Positions 61,616 to 64,000 of a DNA stretch of 64,000 nt are shown in pieces. The position numbers were made by a program, and so were the translations under genes. The stretch is from NCBI GenBank assembly GCA_040218735.1, contig JAVJQW010000019.1:128001-192000 (forward strand), given 5' to 3'. Under the pieces are notes generated by a model that did not search any database, was not told where the DNA came from, and saw only the letters and a program-made list of their open reading frames with translations. This DNA is from Deltaproteobacteria bacterium (lineage in GTDB: Bacteria; Myxococcota; Kuafuiibacteriia; Kuafuiibacteriales; Kuafuiibacteriaceae). Positions within the stretch are counted from its first letter, which is position 1, and every line of letters begins with the position of its first letter.

Positions 61616-62965
61616 ATGACAAGAGTCGTGTCCAACATGGTCGATCGAGAGGTCGTTCTCGGATTGGCTGCCTGCTGGGTCGCCTGGACGGCTTGTGCCT
61701 GCGCTGAGGCCGAGCTGAAGTTCCCCCCCGAGTCCGGAATCCTCGCTGTCTCGCGATCAGGTGGGCCGCCGGAGCTCACCGTCGTTCGAGATGATGAACC
61801 TCGGTGTGGTGACCAAACTGCGCAGGTAGAGATCAACGCCCGGACTGACGTGGCGTGGTTTGTCACGCCTGAGGACGCCGTCGCCGCCGAGTCCATCGCG
61901 GAGAGCTGCTCCGAGGGTGTCGTGGATTGTGACTCCGAGCGAGATCCTTGCTTCCCGTTGGTCTTCGAAGAGGCGTACGCGTTCGACGCGGGGTCTTGGC
62001 CCACCAGTGACGAGCCTCCAGATATTCGCGTGCCGACGGCGTGTGGAACATCGTTCAGAGTGGAGCGAACGGTCGAGCTGGGTCTCGATTCTCCGCCCTT
62101 CGCGATCTCACGATCGGGCGTCATCTACGCGAGCTCGGGGGCTGACGTCTTTCGGTGGGATCCCCCGGACTATGAGCGATCGGGGCCCAGGCGGGTTTCG
62201 AACGCGACGGAGTTGACGGCGTTGAGTGTCGATGATGATGACCGCTTGTGGGCCCTGAGCGAATCCGCGCTCTACCGGCAGAGCGGTGACGGCATCTTCG
62301 ACGCGGCGGCATTCACAGTCGCCGAGTTCGATGACGTTACGACCGCCACAGCCTCTGGAATCGACGTCTCAGCGGCCTTCACGTTAGGTGCTGGACGCCA
62401 ACTTGGTGTGTCGAGCGGCTATATCGTTGTAGGCACGGAGCGAGCGATCGCCTTTCGCGTGCCCGCGACCCCGGACGTTGATCCAGAGTTCAACCCTCCG
62501 TATCGAATCCGTCGCATTCCGAACGGGGTGGGTGTTGCCGGGAGGGATAGGGTTTGGACGGTGGTCGACGGGGAACAGCCCGTTAGCGCTGTAGGACTCG
62601 CGGCAGGAGCACAAGGTCGTCGATTCGTAGCCCGTAGCGGCGCAACGGTGGTTGGCGGCCATGAGCGCGGCTACAGATATCGGGAGGCGGCGGGCGGCTT
62701 TTCAGAGCTAGTTTCGGTCGACCTCGACGGGCTGGTTGAGGTTGAGATCGGCGAGGACAGTTCTTTCATTGCGACTTCGAAGCTCGATGACTCGCTCTTG
62801 ATACGCAGAGCCGGCCGCACAGGAACGACCTGCGTCACGAGGCTCCCTCTCGTTTGTGATGAACTTGATGTCGAATCGACGTTGGACCGGCTGGTCGTCT
62901 CCTGTCATGGAGGCGGCGGGATGTCGGTAGTGCTGGTCGATCGAGTTGAAGCGTCAGGTACGTGA
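61616..62965 (+). CDS. Putative lipoprotein / beta-propeller-like hypothetical protein
   Basis: Hydrophobic signal ending WTACAC; beta-rich repeats. Confidence 0.55.
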   Translation: MTRVVSNMVDREVVLGLAACWVAWTACACAEAELKFPPESGILAVSRSGGPPELTVVRDDEPRCGDQTAQVEINARTDVAWFVTPEDAVAAESIAESCSEGVVDCDSERDPCFPLVFEEAYAFDAGSWPTSDEPPDIRVPTACGTSFRVERTVELGLDSPPFAISRSGVIYASSGADVFRWDPPDYERSGPRRVSNATELTALSVDDDDRLWALSESALYRQSGDGIFDAAAFTVAEFDDVTTATASGIDVSAAFTLGAGRQLGVSSGYIVVGTERAIAFRVPATPDVDPEFNPPYRIRRIPNGVGVAGRDRVWTVVDGEQPVSAVGLAAGAQGRRFVARSGATVVGGHERGYRYREAAGGFSELVSVDLDGLVEVEIGEDSSFIATSKLDDSLLIRRAGRTGTTCVTRLPLVCDELDVESTLDRLVVSCHGGGGMSVVLVDRVEASGT

Positions 62966-62975
62966 TTCGATTCGA

Positions 62976-64000
62976 CTACTCTCCCCGCAACTGGAATTCG
63001 AACGACCGAACTTCCTCCGCGATGGTTCCGCAGCCGTCGTGCGTCACACGAAGCTGGAAGGTGTAGCGGCCGAAGACGGTGATTCCATGCTCCACCTCAA
63101 AGCTCACTGCAGTTTCGGTGGTGGAGCCGAGGTCAACGGCGCGGAACTCAGGAGCAGCGTCCCCAGAGTTGAAAATGGCATACTCGACTGCCAGCGGTCT
63201 ATCGAAGACCGTTCCAACTTCGACGCGGAACGAAGAAGTTTCGCCTGGCAGCGCCGTGTAATCGCCTCGATCGGTACCGCTAGGTATGTTGACCTGGAGC
63301 TGCGCGCACGCTGGCCGGAACATCGCCGTGCAGCTTAGGTCTTGTTTGATCTCCTTCGATCCCGATTGTGCAAGGGCATCGCAGGCGTTGTCCGCCCAGC
63401 CTGTGAAGATGAAGTCGTCGTTTGTTTCGACCTCCAAGTGCAGGTCTGTTTGCTGCTCCGTCATCACCTGACAGACGTCCTCGGACGAGGTGCAGTTGAT
63501 AGACGTACCGTCGATCGTCGCTCCAACGGACGTGACCCGACCGGGATTCAGCGACCCGTCCGAGGATCGCATCTGAACGCTCACCTGTACCGGGGAGGGG
63601 AGGAACTCCGCCTTGCAGTCGAGCTGGTCCCCACGGCCGAGAGTGAGCATGAACTCCGGAGCATTGACGTCGATCCCTGCCACACCGACACAGGAGCCGC
63701 TCCAACCTAGGAATGCGTCGTGGTCGGTGACGGTAACCCTCGGCGTGTCACCGACGTTGAAGTCCACGGTCGATCGCCCTTCCCGAAACTCCTGCTCGTC
63801 GATCATCACCGAGCCGCGCCCCACGACTTCGAGTGCGAGGGTTGGAGTTACTCCTCGAATCGCCAAGGTCAGGGTTCCCTGCGTTACGGGATCGCCGCTC
63901 GGGCGAAAGACATCTCCCTCCCATCGACCGGGTTCGCCGGCGAACCTCATCTCCTTGACGCTCGTCATCGCGGTAAACGTTTGGGTGTAAGGACCGTCTC
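62976..64000 (-). CDS. Secreted protein with InlB-B-repeat-like (bacterial repeat) domains, partial (5' end beyond window)
   Basis: FLGWSGSC...CKAEF and FIFTGWADNAC...CTAMF motifs; frame stays open to the right window edge. Confidence 0.65.
   Translation of the reverse strand, partial: DGPYTQTFTAMTSVKEMRFAGEPGRWEGDVFRPSGDPVTQGTLTLAIRGVTPTLALEVVGRGSVMIDEQEFREGRSTVDFNVGDTPRVTVTDHDAFLGWSGSCVGVAGIDVNAPEFMLTLGRGDQLDCKAEFLPSPVQVSVQMRSSDGSLNPGRVTSVGATIDGTSINCTSSEDVCQVMTEQQTDLHLEVETNDDFIFTGWADNACDALAQSGSKEIKQDLSCTAMFRPACAQLQVNIPSGTDRGDYTALPGETSSFRVEVGTVFDRPLAVEYAIFNSGDAAPEFRAVDLGSTTETAVSFEVEHGITVFGRYTFQLRVTHDGCGTIAEEVRSFEFQLRGE

Overview
High-GC window with a gene repertoire typical of Myxococcota: six Hanks-type Ser/Thr kinases, a MYXO-CTERM-like signal, Cys-rich repeat lipoproteins and PEGA proteins. 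The taxon is inferred, not shown. It carries housekeeping genes (gyrB, moaA, moeB, glycerate kinase, Fe-ADH), a two-component pair, an AraC regulator and a pilV/W/X-like minor pilin cluster. The main finding is a partial type III secretion locus at 18.0-24.7 kb: sctV, a TPR chaperone or SctY-like gene, a possible SctX, and a five-gene operon resembling EspA/Bsp22-type filament/tip proteins and hydrophobic translocators. Its three promoters share a sigma54-like -24/-12 element preceded, at 25 or 35 bp, by a tandem YCGRACGWW repeat. The same promoter module recurs about 27 kb away at 51.36-51.42 kb (20/21 identical, same 25-bp spacing). There it precedes an ~886-aa protein with a C-terminal PD-(D/E)XK nuclease-like tip, followed by a coupled candidate immunity gene and an orphan toxin-tip/immunity cassette. 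This suggests a T3SS-coregulated polymorphic nuclease toxin-immunity system, i.e. a candidate interbacterial T3SS. Also present are a 57-bp tandem amplification of the 3' end of an FGE-sulfatase/CLec gene and a compositionally distinct region at about 55.7-64 kb. No rRNA, tRNA, CRISPR array, transposase or reverse transcriptase was recognised. All product calls come from motifs read by eye; no database search was run.
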